A stretch of 32,000 nucleotides of DNA from Xylella taiwanensis (GTDB taxonomy: Bacteria > Pseudomonadota > Gammaproteobacteria > Xanthomonadales > Xanthomonadaceae), in contig NZ_CP053627.1 of the NCBI RefSeq assembly GCF_013177435.1, positions 2,730,001-2,762,000 of the forward strand, given 5' to 3'. The position numbers and the translations under genes were made by a program. Shown here piece by piece: positions 1-9,791 of this stretch (positions are counted from its first letter, which is position 1; the number at the start of each line of letters is the position of its first letter). The notes under the pieces were generated by a model that ran no database searches, was not told the DNA's origin, and was given only the letters and a program-made list of their open reading frames with translations.

Positions 1-579
1 ACGCGCCAGATCACCGCTACCCTGAAGTGCGCCGCTGTATGCCATGTCGGCCAAGTCCACGCCAATGACCGCCTTTTGTTGAGCACGATAGCGCGACGCG
101 ATGAATTGTAGATCGGCAATCCATTGATGCTCTGGTTCATCCGCGCTGTACCATAACGGGTCTTGACTCAGGGCACACCCCAGACCGTGATACGCCAGGA
201 GGACCCGCATACCACGTTGCCCAGCTTCATCCACGATCGCGTCGGCAAGTTCCAACGCGCTACGTCCCTTCAGATCGGGATTGCGCCCAAGATCCAGGTT
301 GACGGGCATCGCACCATGCAAGCTGGCCGAACACAGCGGCAGACGGATCGCATTAATGCCTAGCTTCTGCATCTGGTCGAGTACCTCACGCCAGTTACGC
401 TGATCCAACCCTTGCGGCATGTGCTGGAGCGTTTCCAAACCACGCCAGTTAACGCCGTGGAGCGCCTCGACAAAGTGTGCATCAGGCACTGGATTTTGGG
501 CCTCAACCGTTCCACCGTACATCACTGACACCACGCAGCCACACACCGCAAGCCAAAGTAAGATCGTCAAGCGTCGCAT
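1..579 (-). CDS. Secreted glycoside hydrolase family 5-like (cellulase-like) protein. Only the N-terminal 193 codons are present; the gene continues past the left edge.
   Basis: Hand translation of the minus strand from the ATG at 579 is open to position 1, so it is missing from the ORF track. It begins MRRLTILLWLAVCGCVVSVMYGGTVEAQ, a signal-peptide-like segment. It continues with GINAIRLPL, RVLLAYHG and AVIGVDL, which resemble GH5 beta-strand motifs. Confidence 0.6.
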   Translation of the reverse strand, partial: MRRLTILLWLAVCGCVVSVMYGGTVEAQNPVPDAHFVEALHGVNWRGLETLQHMPQGLDQRNWREVLDQMQKLGINAIRLPLCSASLHGAMPVNLDLGRNPDLKGRSALELADAIVDEAGQRGMRVLLAYHGLGCALSQDPLWYSADEPEHQWIADLQFIASRYRAQQKAVIGVDLADMAYSGALQGSGDLAR

Positions 580-1422
580 CTCATACCTCGTTTGTGCTGG
601 ACTGACACATAGCACTGCCAATATCGCAGCGCTGTGTTAGTGAAGGCTATCAACCAAGCCGATCATATCTGTATCCAGGCTACTTCATCACCGCCGCAAC
701 GGTCACTTCACGTGTGCAATCAATACCTGATGACGCCGTACTTCACCTTGCAATCGTCAAACGGAACACCCTGACCGAGCCAATTCTCCCAATTGCCATG
801 AGCAGCGCTCACAACAGCCAAAGCAGATGGACTGCTCGATGGACGCATCAATTTAAGATCAAACGACAGGTTCGAACATGCGGCAATGTCCGGTCGAAAT
901 TCAGGAAAACGCGGCGGCAACTACTATCCACTCCATCTTTAAACAGCGTGTAATGCTGTGTCATTTGCTCACTTTGCTGAGACTGCGCTTGTGGCAGCGG
1001 CTCGCTCTCATCATTTCACAGCATCAGCACTGACTTCACAACTCCGACACACATCTGCGTCACCTGACGTGTGTTGCTCCGCACCGCCCCACCACACCGG
1101 TGTAGATAGCAACTGCTCAGCACACACTTTCACCGCAACAACTTAACCCTCCCAAAGTGTTTAACGATACAAACCAACTTGCATCCAAAACTAAAGAGTT
1201 AAACGGCATCGTTATTTATCAACGGACCCAATCTGATGCCTACCAGCGGCTACAGCCGAAATACACAAAATCACACCAGCACAAACAAAGCATTCATCCA
1301 ACGGGATTGGAATCTACGAGTGTACGGTCCAACAATCTGCAGCGAGATCATCGAATACAGTCGATGCCTCAAAGCTAATAAGCCTCCCATCAAGGCATCT
1401 CTGAAGATCGGGGGTCTGAAAT

Positions 1423-4167
1423 TCAAGTCACTAGACCATGGCAATGTTTGTACTTTTTACCACTACCACAAGGACACGGATCGTTGCGACCAACTTTGGG
1501 CGTATCACGAATGACCTGGGCGACGGTCGCCACTTGGCCGGCAGACTGGCGCTGTAACGAAGCAACGTCATCATCGGCACCGTAGCCGCCCGACTCTTGA
1601 TGCTGAAACTGTGATTGACGTAACAAGGCATCGATCTGACGACGCTCCTGTTCCTCCAGCGCAGCCATTTCTTCCTCGCTACGGATACGCATCCGCGCGA
1701 GCGAGGCAATCACCTCACGCTTTACATGCTCCAACATTTCGGAGAACAACTCGAATGCTTCACGTTTGTACTCTTGCTTAGGCTGCTTTTGCGCATAGCC
1801 ACGCAAGTGAATACCTTGGCGCAAGTAATCCATTGTGGCTAGATGTTCCTTCCAACATTGGTCAAGCACCGTCAACATCACATGCTTTTCCAGCGCACGC
1901 ATCGTCTCGGAACCGATAGAAGCCTCTCTTTCAGCACAATGTTTATCCACCGCATCCTGCACCAGAAGAGTAATCCGCTCGGCGTCGACTTCCTCGCGAC
2001 CCTCGAGCATCTCTATCAGTGGCAGATGTAAACCCCATTCACTTTGCAGGGTAGCCTGCAAACCAGGCAAATCCCATTGCTCGTCAATGGAATGGGCTGG
2101 TACGAAACGCGCCACCAGAACGTCAATCACATCGTGGCGGATACTATCAATGTTCTCTTTAACCGATTCGGCATCAAGTAGTTCATCACGCTGAGCGTAG
2201 ATCACCTTACGCTGATCGTTGTTGACGTCGTCGTAATCGAGCAAATTCTTGCGGATGTCGAAATTGTGAGCTTCAACCTTACGCTGTGCCCTCTCGATTT
2301 GGCGAGTCACTCGACGGTCTTCGATAACGTCGTCTTCCTTCATACCCATCAAACGCATCACCTTCTGCACCCATTCGGAAGCGAAGATACGCATCAAGCT
2401 GTCCTCAAGGGACAGGTAGAAACGCGACGAACCCGGGTCGCCCTGTCGTCCTGCACGACCACGTAATTGATTATCGATACGACGGCTCTCATGACGCTCC
2501 GTACCTATAATGTGCAGGCCACCAGCAGTCTTAACTGCCTCGTGACGGCGGTTCCATGCATTCTTTGCTCGAAACCGATCTTCCTCGCTCGCATTCGGGC
2601 CGAGTTCAGCCAGTACAGCATCAAGCGAACCGCCAAGAACAATGTCGGTACCACGACCAGCCATGTTGGTGGCAATTGTCACAGCACTAGGAAGCCCAGC
2701 GTTAGCAACGATGGTCGCTTCACGCTCATGCTGTTTGGCATTCAGGACTTCGTGCTTGACCTTAGCCTTGTGTAGATGTTCGGACAACATCTCCGAGATT
2801 TCGATAGAAGTGGTACCAACCAATACCGGTTGACCACGCTGAGCGCAGCCTTTGATGTCTTCCAATACTGCATTGAACTTGCTCTTGCGGTTAAGAAAGA
2901 CTTGATCGGGATAATCCTTGCGAACGGTCGGCTTGTTGGTTGGGATGACCACGACTTCCAGTCCGTAGATATTCTGGAATTCATAAGCTTCTGTGTCCGC
3001 AGTCCCTGTCATGCCGGACAGCTTTTTGTAGATACGAAACAGGTTCTGGAAGGTAATCGATGCCAGCGTCTGATTCTCGCGTTGTACAGGTACACCTTCC
3101 TTCGCTTCAATCGCTTGGTGCAAACCATCGGACCAGCGCCGGCCTGACAGGGTGCGTCCGGTAAATTCGTCGACGATCACTACTTCACCATCACGAACGA
3201 TGTAGTCCACATCGCGTTGATAAAGCGCGTGGGCACGCAGCGCAGCGTTGATATGGTGGACCACGCTCAGATTCTGCGCAGCATACAAACTATCATCGCC
3301 TTCACCCAGAATGCCGGCTTGATGGAGCAGTTCCTCGGCACGTTCCATACCAACCTCGGACAGATGCACTTGCTTGCTCTTTTCGTCAACCCAGTAGTCG
3401 CCCTCTGCTTCCTCGTTCTTCTGCCGGGTCAGATGTGGAATGATGCGATTTACTCGGATATAAAGATCCGGCGACTCATCGGCCGGACCAGAAATGATGA
3501 GCGGAGTACGGGCTTCGTCGATGAGGATCGAGTCCACTTCGTCAACAATCGCATAATGCAACCCACGCTGGTAACGATCAGCTTTAGACAGCGCCATATT
3601 GTCCCGCAGGTAATCGAAGCCAAACTCATTATTAGTGCCGTAGGTGATGTCAGCACGGTAGGCAGCATGCTTGTCACTATGTGGCATCCCTGGATAAACC
3701 ACACCCACGCTCAAACCCAACCAGTTGTACAGCCTGCCCATATGGGCAGCATCGCGGCGAGCCAGATAATCGTTCACGGTCACCACGTGTACGCCCTTGC
3801 CTTCCAGTGCATTCAAATAGACTGGCAACGTCGCCACCAGGGTCTTGCCTTCACCGGTACGCATCTCGGCAATTTTGCCCAAATGCAGCACCATGCCACC
3901 GATCAACTGCACGTCGTAGTGGCGCATACCTAGCACGCGGCGACTGGCCTCACGGCATACTGCAAAGGCCTCAGGCAGCAATTTATCCAACGACTTACCG
4001 TCTTGGATGGACTGTTTGAATTCCGTAGTCTTAGCCTGCAGCGCCTTGTCGGGAAGCTTCTGCAATTCCGTCTCCAAAGCGTTGATCTTGGCCACGATGG
4101 AGTTGAGTTGGCGAAGCTGGCGTTCGTTGCGACTGCCAAAAACGCGGGTAAGCAAACTGTTGATCAT
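1423..4167 (-). CDS. secA: Preprotein translocase ATPase SecA
   Basis: 914-aa ORF with N-terminus [18 protein letters not shown]. Walker A-like [10 protein letters not shown] and [19 protein letters not shown] are present. The C-terminal zinc-binding tail is [14 protein letters not shown]. Confidence 0.97.
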   Translation of the reverse strand: MINSLLTRVFGSRNERQLRQLNSIVAKINALETELQKLPDKALQAKTTEFKQSIQDGKSLDKLLPEAFAVCREASRRVLGMRHYDVQLIGGMVLHLGKIAEMRTGEGKTLVATLPVYLNALEGKGVHVVTVNDYLARRDAAHMGRLYNWLGLSVGVVYPGMPHSDKHAAYRADITYGTNNEFGFDYLRDNMALSKADRYQRGLHYAIVDEVDSILIDEARTPLIISGPADESPDLYIRVNRIIPHLTRQKNEEAEGDYWVDEKSKQVHLSEVGMERAEELLHQAGILGEGDDSLYAAQNLSVVHHINAALRAHALYQRDVDYIVRDGEVVIVDEFTGRTLSGRRWSDGLHQAIEAKEGVPVQRENQTLASITFQNLFRIYKKLSGMTGTADTEAYEFQNIYGLEVVVIPTNKPTVRKDYPDQVFLNRKSKFNAVLEDIKGCAQRGQPVLVGTTSIEISEMLSEHLHKAKVKHEVLNAKQHEREATIVANAGLPSAVTIATNMAGRGTDIVLGGSLDAVLAELGPNASEEDRFRAKNAWNRRHEAVKTAGGLHIIGTERHESRRIDNQLRGRAGRQGDPGSSRFYLSLEDSLMRIFASEWVQKVMRLMGMKEDDVIEDRRVTRQIERAQRKVEAHNFDIRKNLLDYDDVNNDQRKVIYAQRDELLDAESVKENIDSIRHDVIDVLVARFVPAHSIDEQWDLPGLQATLQSEWGLHLPLIEMLEGREEVDAERITLLVQDAVDKHCAEREASIGSETMRALEKHVMLTVLDQCWKEHLATMDYLRQGIHLRGYAQKQPKQEYKREAFELFSEMLEHVKREVIASLARMRIRSEEEMAALEEQERRQIDALLRQSQFQHQESGGYGADDDVASLQRQSAGQVATVAQVIRDTPKVGRNDPCPCGSGKKYKHCHGLVT

Positions 4168-4235
4168 TGAGGCAACCGGTTGAAAAGGAACGGTCTATTA
4201 GACGCCGGATCCTTAGGGGATCGGAACGCCGTCAG

Positions 4236-4262
4236 CAAAAACAGGGCGCACTGCACCCTGTT
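4236..4262 (-). terminator. Candidate intrinsic terminator downstream of the M23 peptidase gene
   Basis: The minus strand reads ACAGGGUG-CAGUG-CGCCCUGU followed by UUUU. That is an 8-bp stem with one G-U pair, a 5-nt loop and a U tract, about 65 nt after the stop at 4327. Confidence 0.55.
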
Positions 4263-4326
4263 CGTGGTCAATCCACATTGTAGCTCGGGGCAGTCCCCCG
4301 TGAATTCAACCCAATATCACTAGCTT

Positions 4327-5271
4327 TCAGCCACGACGGTAGCGACCCACCGGAGTGCTCCCATTACCTAGAAATTTAATTGGATTCATCACCACCCCAT
4401 CCTTCCATACTTCGAAATGCACGTGAGCTCCTGTGGAGCGCCCGGTGGAACCCGCTTTAGCAACCTCCTGCCCGATTCGGACCAGATCGCCGACCTTTAC
4501 TGTCAATCGCGAATTATGCGCGTAGCGGGTCACGTAACCATTACCATGGTCAACATCAACTACGTTACCGTAGCCATTGCGATAACCAGCATAACTAACC
4601 ACGCCTTCGGCCACCGCCATGACCGAGCTACCAACACTAGCGTGAAAGTCTACCCCCTTATGTTCAGCAACACCGCCATTGAACGGATCAGCACGGCGGC
4701 CAAAGCTGGAGGTAATGTAGGTGTTGCGGACCGGTGACCGCGAAGGCACCGCATTTTGTTCGATCTGGTTATTAAACAATAGCGAAGCAAGCACACTCAA
4801 TTGCTGACCAGAACCAGAGAATTGCTGCTCAAGTTGCCCTAAACTCTCCTTGAGATCCTTGACAGGCATGTCATGCATTGGAGTTTCAGGACCACCGAGT
4901 CCAACTGGATCATCAAACTTGAATTCACCGTTCTGCAATTTACCCATTTCGGTCAAACGTGTACCAAGCGCGTTAAGACGGTTGGCCTGAGCCTGCAATT
5001 CACCCAGACGCGCGGCTAACGCATTAACCTGCGCCTGAGAAGTGCCACGAAGATGTTCCAATTCAACCTGCTGCCACTCCACTTTAGCCTGCAACCGTGC
5101 ATTGTTCACCATCCCCAACGCTGCACCAGTACCAACACCACTTAGCACACCAATCCCCAACACGGTCCCCAAAACAATGAGTGGACGCTGCTCTGCGAAG
5201 TCACGCATCTGACGCACAAAGCACTGAACTCGAGTTTCATGGGATTTAAGTATGATTCTTTTTAATGCCAT
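4327..5271 (-). CDS. M23 (LytM-type) murein metallopeptidase with an N-terminal membrane anchor and coiled-coil region
   Basis: 314-aa ORF with a hydrophobic segment (LIVLGTVLGIGVLSGVGTGAALG) and a Q/L-rich coiled-coil-like stretch. The HxxxD (HKGVD) and HxH (HVHFEV) zinc motifs are intact. Confidence 0.85.
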   Translation of the reverse strand: MALKRIILKSHETRVQCFVRQMRDFAEQRPLIVLGTVLGIGVLSGVGTGAALGMVNNARLQAKVEWQQVELEHLRGTSQAQVNALAARLGELQAQANRLNALGTRLTEMGKLQNGEFKFDDPVGLGGPETPMHDMPVKDLKESLGQLEQQFSGSGQQLSVLASLLFNNQIEQNAVPSRSPVRNTYITSSFGRRADPFNGGVAEHKGVDFHASVGSSVMAVAEGVVSYAGYRNGYGNVVDVDHGNGYVTRYAHNSRLTVKVGDLVRIGQEVAKAGSTGRSTGAHVHFEVWKDGVVMNPIKFLGNGSTPVGRYRRG

Positions 5272-5282
5272 AAGACTTCTTC

Positions 5283-5729
5283 ATGTCTAATCTGAAATCC
5301 AACGCTAACAGCCATTCCTCCTTTCAGACCGCCCTTGAAGCGATACTGAACGAAAAAACGATCCCTACCTTCCAACGAGCCATATGGCTCGATAGGCTAG
5401 ATCAGCAGTTGCGCTCCCATCTACCAGCAACCCTAGCAAGCCAATGCAGACTAGCCAATGTCAATGGTAAAAAGCTCGTTTTTCTGGTCGAGTCAGCAGC
5501 TTGGCACACCAAACTAAGGCTTTCCGAATCCCAACTTCTCGACGCTGCCCGATCCATCGGATTAATGGCCACTCAGGTCATCATCAAAATCCTACCCTCT
5601 CTCCTACCCTTCACTAAGGAATATCTAAAGGAAGCAAACGGACTTGTTAATGCAGAGATTCCAAAAGGCCTGCAAGAAGCTTTGAGAGCCCTTCATGGAT
5701 CAAACATCCGCAGAAACGCTGAGATTTGA
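5283..5729 (+). CDS. DUF721 / DciA-like protein (candidate replicative helicase loader)
   Basis: 148-aa ORF. The core LASQCRLANVNGKKLVFLVESAAWHTKLRLSESQLL matches the pattern I recall for DUF721. The gene sits between lpxC and M23-secA, as in other proteobacteria. This assignment is from memory, not an HMM search. Confidence 0.6.
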   Translation: MSNLKSNANSHSSFQTALEAILNEKTIPTFQRAIWLDRLDQQLRSHLPATLASQCRLANVNGKKLVFLVESAAWHTKLRLSESQLLDAARSIGLMATQVIIKILPSLLPFTKEYLKEANGLVNAEIPKGLQEALRALHGSNIRRNAEI

Positions 5730-5828
5730 GAGCCGGTGATTCTCTACCGAAGCGCAAAAGCTTACGAGATTGGAACCACACGACCCGTGGCATCGTAACC
5801 GGTATCGGCTATTGATTCGTTATTTATA

Positions 5829-5856
5829 GATTAAGAAATCATTGATTAAGAATCAT
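5829..5856. repeat. Imperfect tandem direct repeat GATTAAGAAATCAT(T) / GATTAAGAATCAT
   Basis: Read directly in the AT-rich convergent spacer between the DUF721 gene and lpxC. The two adjacent copies differ by one base of the A run. Confidence 0.8.
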
Positions 5857-5880
5857 ATCGTCAAGTTTTCTGAGAATGAT

Positions 5881-6795
5881 TCAAATGCAAGCTGGATGAG
5901 TGTAGGCGACAGGCGGCTGCGCAGCGACTGAACTCGGAAAACTGATCCACTCCCAAGCAGTCTGATCCGCAAGTACAGCACGAACCAGCTTATTGTTCAG
6001 CGCATGACCAGACTTAAAAGCTTCGTAAGCACCCAAAATCGGGCCGCCAATCAAGTAAAGATCACCAATTGCATCGAGTATTTTGTGACGCACGAACTCG
6101 TTGCCATAGCGCAAGCCATCCTCATTGAGCACACGGAACTCGTCAAGCAAAATCGCATTGTCCATTGAGCCGCCCAGCCCAAGGTTACGTTCACGCATAT
6201 CTTCCAAGTCATGCATGAAACCGAAAGTGCGCGCTAGAGAAATTTCCCTGATATAAGCCGGAGTAGAAAACTCAATTTCATGATGCGACTGTCTGCGCGG
6301 GATCATTGGGTGATCGAACTCAATGGTGAACCCCAGCTTGTAACCATCGTACGGGTGAAACCTGGCGATTTTGTCCCCTTCGCGCACTTCGACCAAGCGT
6401 TTAATACGGATGAAGCGCTTGGGGGCGTCCTGCTCGAAGATACCCGCCGACTGCAACAGAAATACAAACGGTGCGGAAGAACCATCCATAATCGGCAACT
6501 CAGCCGACGACAGATCCACAATGGCGTTGTCGATACCAAGCCCGGCAAAGGCAGACATCAAATGTTCGACCGTCTGTACTTTAGCCCCCTTGCAAGTCAA
6601 GCCGGTGCACAACATCACCTCGGTCACTAAATCCCCACTAGCGGGGATTTCAACGACAGGCTCCAGGTCCACACGTCGGAACACGATACCGTAGTTCACC
6701 GGAGCGGGACGGAGAGTGATGTGGACCTTATTGCCACTGTGCAGACCAACACCGGTCGCGCGAATCGTGTTGTTGAGGGTACGTTGCTGGGTCAT
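5881..6795 (-). CDS. lpxC: UDP-3-O-acyl-N-acetylglucosamine deacetylase LpxC
   Basis: The ORF-track ORF 5881..7014 was trimmed to the internal ATG at 6795. This gives [24 protein letters not shown], the canonical LpxC N-terminus. The [15 protein letters not shown] motif is present. The length is 304 aa (E. coli LpxC is 305 aa). Confidence 0.95.
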   Translation of the reverse strand: MTQQRTLNNTIRATGVGLHSGNKVHITLRPAPVNYGIVFRRVDLEPVVEIPASGDLVTEVMLCTGLTCKGAKVQTVEHLMSAFAGLGIDNAIVDLSSAELPIMDGSSAPFVFLLQSAGIFEQDAPKRFIRIKRLVEVREGDKIARFHPYDGYKLGFTIEFDHPMIPRRQSHHEIEFSTPAYIREISLARTFGFMHDLEDMRERNLGLGGSMDNAILLDEFRVLNEDGLRYGNEFVRHKILDAIGDLYLIGGPILGAYEAFKSGHALNNKLVRAVLADQTAWEWISFPSSVAAQPPVAYTHPACI

Positions 6796-6990
6796 GGATG
6801 GAAGTCTGAAAAAAGTAAAGAAGCAAGGCGAGAAGTTGAACCCACCGTATTTGGTCACAAGAGATAATGCTCTAAATCTTAACAGTACGCGGACATACGA
6901 ATAACAACAGACACATACAGCGGCCAAAACCACTGAGACGCAGAAGTTATGGCAGCATATAAAGCGCGCGTCACTGGCGAAGCACGTAGA

Positions 6991-7027
6991 TGGCCGACAA
7001 CTGCACCCGGGCAACAGAAGTCGGCCA
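6991..7027. other. Stem-loop in the ftsZ-lpxC spacer (perfect 8-bp stem)
   Basis: TGGCCGAC (6991-6998) pairs with GTCGGCCA (7020-7027). The 21-nt loop contains CCCGGG. Neither strand has a following T tract. Confidence 0.4.
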
Positions 7028-7153
7028 CTGAGATAACGTTGTCATATTACTCTGGGCAATTGCAGCACATCACCTCATACGCATCTTAGAAAGCTCCACT
7101 TACCACAGACAGCTTCAGCCATCAGTGAGCCACATTGATTACCATGCAAAGCA

Positions 7154-8383
7154 TTAATCAGCTTGACGACGCAAAAATGCAGGAATATCTAGATAATCGC
7201 TCGGCAATTCAGCAGTCACTGGTGCCGAAGCAGCTGAACTGGACGCTGTATCGGTACTCGAGCGACGCAACGCCAAACCTAAACCCAGGGACCCACCCAC
7301 CGCTCGCGATACCACATCGCCCCCATTGTCCAAGTCGCCAAATTCGACCTGGCCGGTCGTCGCGTTCCGCACGAGTTTGACTGGCGCGCGCTGCTCCGGA
7401 CGCTGCGCCGTACGTGGCACGGCACGACTTAAGCCAGTCGCAACCACAGTAACACGCACTTCGTCCTGCATATCTGGATCAAGCACGGTACCAACCACCA
7501 CAGTCGCATCTTCGGAAGCGAAACCATCAATCGTGCGGCCAATCTCATCAAACTCAGCCATGGTGAAATCCGAACCAGCAGTGATATTAACCAGAATACC
7601 GTTGGCACCAGCCAAGTTAACGTCATCCAGCAGAGGATTCTGAACTGCAGCCTCGGCTGCGGCTTGAGCACGGTCGTCACCACGGGCCGAACCTGTACCC
7701 ATCATTGCCAGCCCCATTTCAGACATCACGGTACGTACATCGGCAAAGTCAACATTGATCAAACCTGGCCGCACGATCAAATCGGCAATGCCCTGCACAG
7801 CCCCTTGCAACACGTCGTTAGCGGCACGAAACGCCTGAATCATCGTTGCATTGCGGCCAAGCACCGTTATTAGCTTCTCATTCGGTATGGTAATCAAAGA
7901 ATCACAGTGCTGATTCAGCTCTTCGATACCTTTCAACGCCACTTGCATGCGACGACGCCCCTCGAACGGGAACGGTTTGGTCACGACAGCCACTGTGAGG
8001 ATACCCATCTCTTTGGCTAATTGCGCTACTACCGGAGCAGCCCCGGTACCAGTGCCTCCACCCATACCGGCAGTAATGAACACCATATCCGCCCCCTGAA
8101 GGGCATCAATGATGCGCTCACGATCCTCCAGTGCAGCCTGACGGCCGACTTCAGGATTGGCCCCTGCGCCCAGACCTTTGGTCACGTTAGCACCAAGCTG
8201 TAATTGCAGCTTGGCGCCACAGTTTTTAATCGCCTGTGAGTCAGTGTTAGCAATGATGAACTCCACACCATCGACAGTGCTATTAACCATGTGTGCCACG
8301 GCGTTACCACCACCACCACCAACACCAACGACCTTAATTACCGCGTTCGGAGCCATTTTCTCAATCAGTTCAAAATGTGCCAT
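7154..8383 (-). CDS. ftsZ: Cell division GTPase FtsZ
   Basis: The ORF 7154..8482 was trimmed to the ATG at 8383, giving [35 protein letters not shown] Shine-Dalgarno lies 7 nt upstream of this ATG. The tubulin signature [10 protein letters not shown] and the C-terminal peptide [14 protein letters not shown] are present. Confidence 0.95.
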   Translation of the reverse strand: MAHFELIEKMAPNAVIKVVGVGGGGGNAVAHMVNSTVDGVEFIIANTDSQAIKNCGAKLQLQLGANVTKGLGAGANPEVGRQAALEDRERIIDALQGADMVFITAGMGGGTGTGAAPVVAQLAKEMGILTVAVVTKPFPFEGRRRMQVALKGIEELNQHCDSLITIPNEKLITVLGRNATMIQAFRAANDVLQGAVQGIADLIVRPGLINVDFADVRTVMSEMGLAMMGTGSARGDDRAQAAAEAAVQNPLLDDVNLAGANGILVNITAGSDFTMAEFDEIGRTIDGFASEDATVVVGTVLDPDMQDEVRVTVVATGLSRAVPRTAQRPEQRAPVKLVRNATTGQVEFGDLDNGGDVVSRAVGGSLGLGLALRRSSTDTASSSAASAPVTAELPSDYLDIPAFLRRQAD

Positions 8384-8555
8384 GTCCATGTCCTCATTGT
8401 AGCTTGTCGTGCCGACGGGGAAACGAGCTGGGGATTGCACCCGGAACCTCGACGGCGTTTTCTGGTTGTGATGTACTGCCACGCCTGACGGCGCTTATCC
8501 ATGTCGTTGCTATGACCTGCTCTTGGGAACGAAACAGGCTCTTTCCATCGTCCGG

Positions 8556-9791
8556 TCAAAATTCACCCCTATACCAGTTCTTCAACTTCTTGAAGAAAGT
8601 GCCCACCCGCCCGGTCGGTAACGATGGGCGGCGCGGGCGTTCCATCTGACTGCCCATCAGCAATAAGCCCACGCCAGAAGCATGCACTGGATTGCCGACC
8701 ACTTCGCCCAAGCCGGTGACATGCTGCGGAATGCCGACACGCACCGGCATTTGCAACATTTCCTCGGCCAATTCAACAACACCCTCCATCTTCGAAGCGC
8801 CGCCCGTCAGCACCATGCCGGCACGGACCAACTCCTCGAATCCCGAACGGCGCAATTCAGCCTGCACCATTTCAAAGATTTCCTCATAACGCCCCTGCAC
8901 CGCCTGTGCCAGCGAAGCACGGGGCATACGCCGTGGCGGCCGGTCACCCACCGAGGGCACCTGGATGGACTCCTCAGCCATAGCCAACTGAGCCAACGCA
9001 CATGCATAACGCACTTTGATCTGCTCAGCTTCCGGTGTTGGGGTACGCAACATATGCGCAATATCGTTGGTCACATGGTCACCAGCGATCGGCAAAGAAG
9101 CCGTATGGCAAATCGCCCCATGCACGTAGACTGCTAAATCAGTGGTACCGGCGCCGATGTCGACCAACACTACACCCAATTCACGCTCGTCAGCAGTCAA
9201 GACCGCCACCGCGGACGCTAACGAAGACAACACCAAGTCGTCCACCTGCAAACCACACTTATGTACACATTTGATGATGTTGGCCGCGGCTGACTGCGCG
9301 CACACCACCAAGTGCGCATGCACCTCAAGGCGCACACCAGTCATACCAACCGGGTTACGGATACCTTCCTGTGAATCGTCCAACACGTATTCACGCGGAA
9401 TCGCATGCAAAATACGTTGATCTGCCGGAATCGCCACCGCCTTGGCCGCGTCGAGCACGCGCTCCAAATCATTCCAAGTCACCTCTCCATCACGGATTGG
9501 CACAATGCCTGGGGAATTTTTGCATTGCACATGATTCCCAGAAATTGAAGCGTACACCGATCGAATCTCACAACCAGCCATCAGCTCAGCTTCTTCAACA
9601 GCGCGCTGGATCGACTGCACCGTTGACTCGATATCCACCACCACGCCCCGCTTGAGCCCCCGCGATTCATGCGAGCCGATACCAATCACCTCGATCAAGT
9701 TGCCTGGCGAGTACTCGCCAACCAGCGCAACCACTTTGGACGTGCCGACGTCCAATCCAACAATTAGAGATTTTTCACCTTTACGGTTCAT
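8556..9791 (-). CDS. ftsA: Cell division protein FtsA
   Basis: The ORF 8556..9860 was trimmed to the ATG at 9791, giving MNRKGEKSLIVGLDVGTSKVVALVGE, an actin-like phosphate-1 motif. This ATG overlaps the ftsQ stop as ATGA. Confidence 0.93.
   Translation of the reverse strand: MNRKGEKSLIVGLDVGTSKVVALVGEYSPGNLIEVIGIGSHESRGLKRGVVVDIESTVQSIQRAVEEAELMAGCEIRSVYASISGNHVQCKNSPGIVPIRDGEVTWNDLERVLDAAKAVAIPADQRILHAIPREYVLDDSQEGIRNPVGMTGVRLEVHAHLVVCAQSAAANIIKCVHKCGLQVDDLVLSSLASAVAVLTADERELGVVLVDIGAGTTDLAVYVHGAICHTASLPIAGDHVTNDIAHMLRTPTPEAEQIKVRYACALAQLAMAEESIQVPSVGDRPPRRMPRASLAQAVQGRYEEIFEMVQAELRRSGFEELVRAGMVLTGGASKMEGVVELAEEMLQMPVRVGIPQHVTGLGEVVGNPVHASGVGLLLMGSQMERPRRPSLPTGRVGTFFKKLKNWYRGEF

Noticed and set aside
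592-608. CRP/Clp-like site TGTGCTGGACTGACACA upstream of the GH5-like gene
   Set aside because: The half-sites are spaced one base too far apart (TGTG-N9-CACA rather than N8). The site is also only 13-29 bp from the start codon.
1340-1422. Terminator for secA: a 10-bp stem with two wobble pairs (GATGCCTTGA...TTGAGGCATC)
   Set aside because: It has a 19-nt loop and no following U tract, so it is not a convincing intrinsic terminator.
3217-3933. Long antisense or alternative-frame ORFs: 3217-3933, 10628-11191, 12254-12916, 12943-13497, 17992-18564, 26418-26975, 30154-30828, 30892-31506, and many shorter ones.
   Set aside because: Each lies entirely within, or opposite, a gene with strong family motifs. 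Their products are Arg/His/Thr/Ser/Pro-rich low-complexity strings, typical of non-coding frames.
6796-7014. 5' extensions of ORF-track ORFs: lpxC 6796-7014, ftsZ 8384-8482, ftsA 9792-9860, ftsQ 10625-10693, ftsW 15533-15619, mraY 16618-16635, rsmH 22579-22629, mraZ 23036-23134, hotdog 31526-31564.
   Set aside because: The extensions have junk-like composition (Cys/Arg/Ser/Trp-rich) and overlap upstream genes or regulatory repeats. The internal starts reproduce the conserved N-termini of the respective families.
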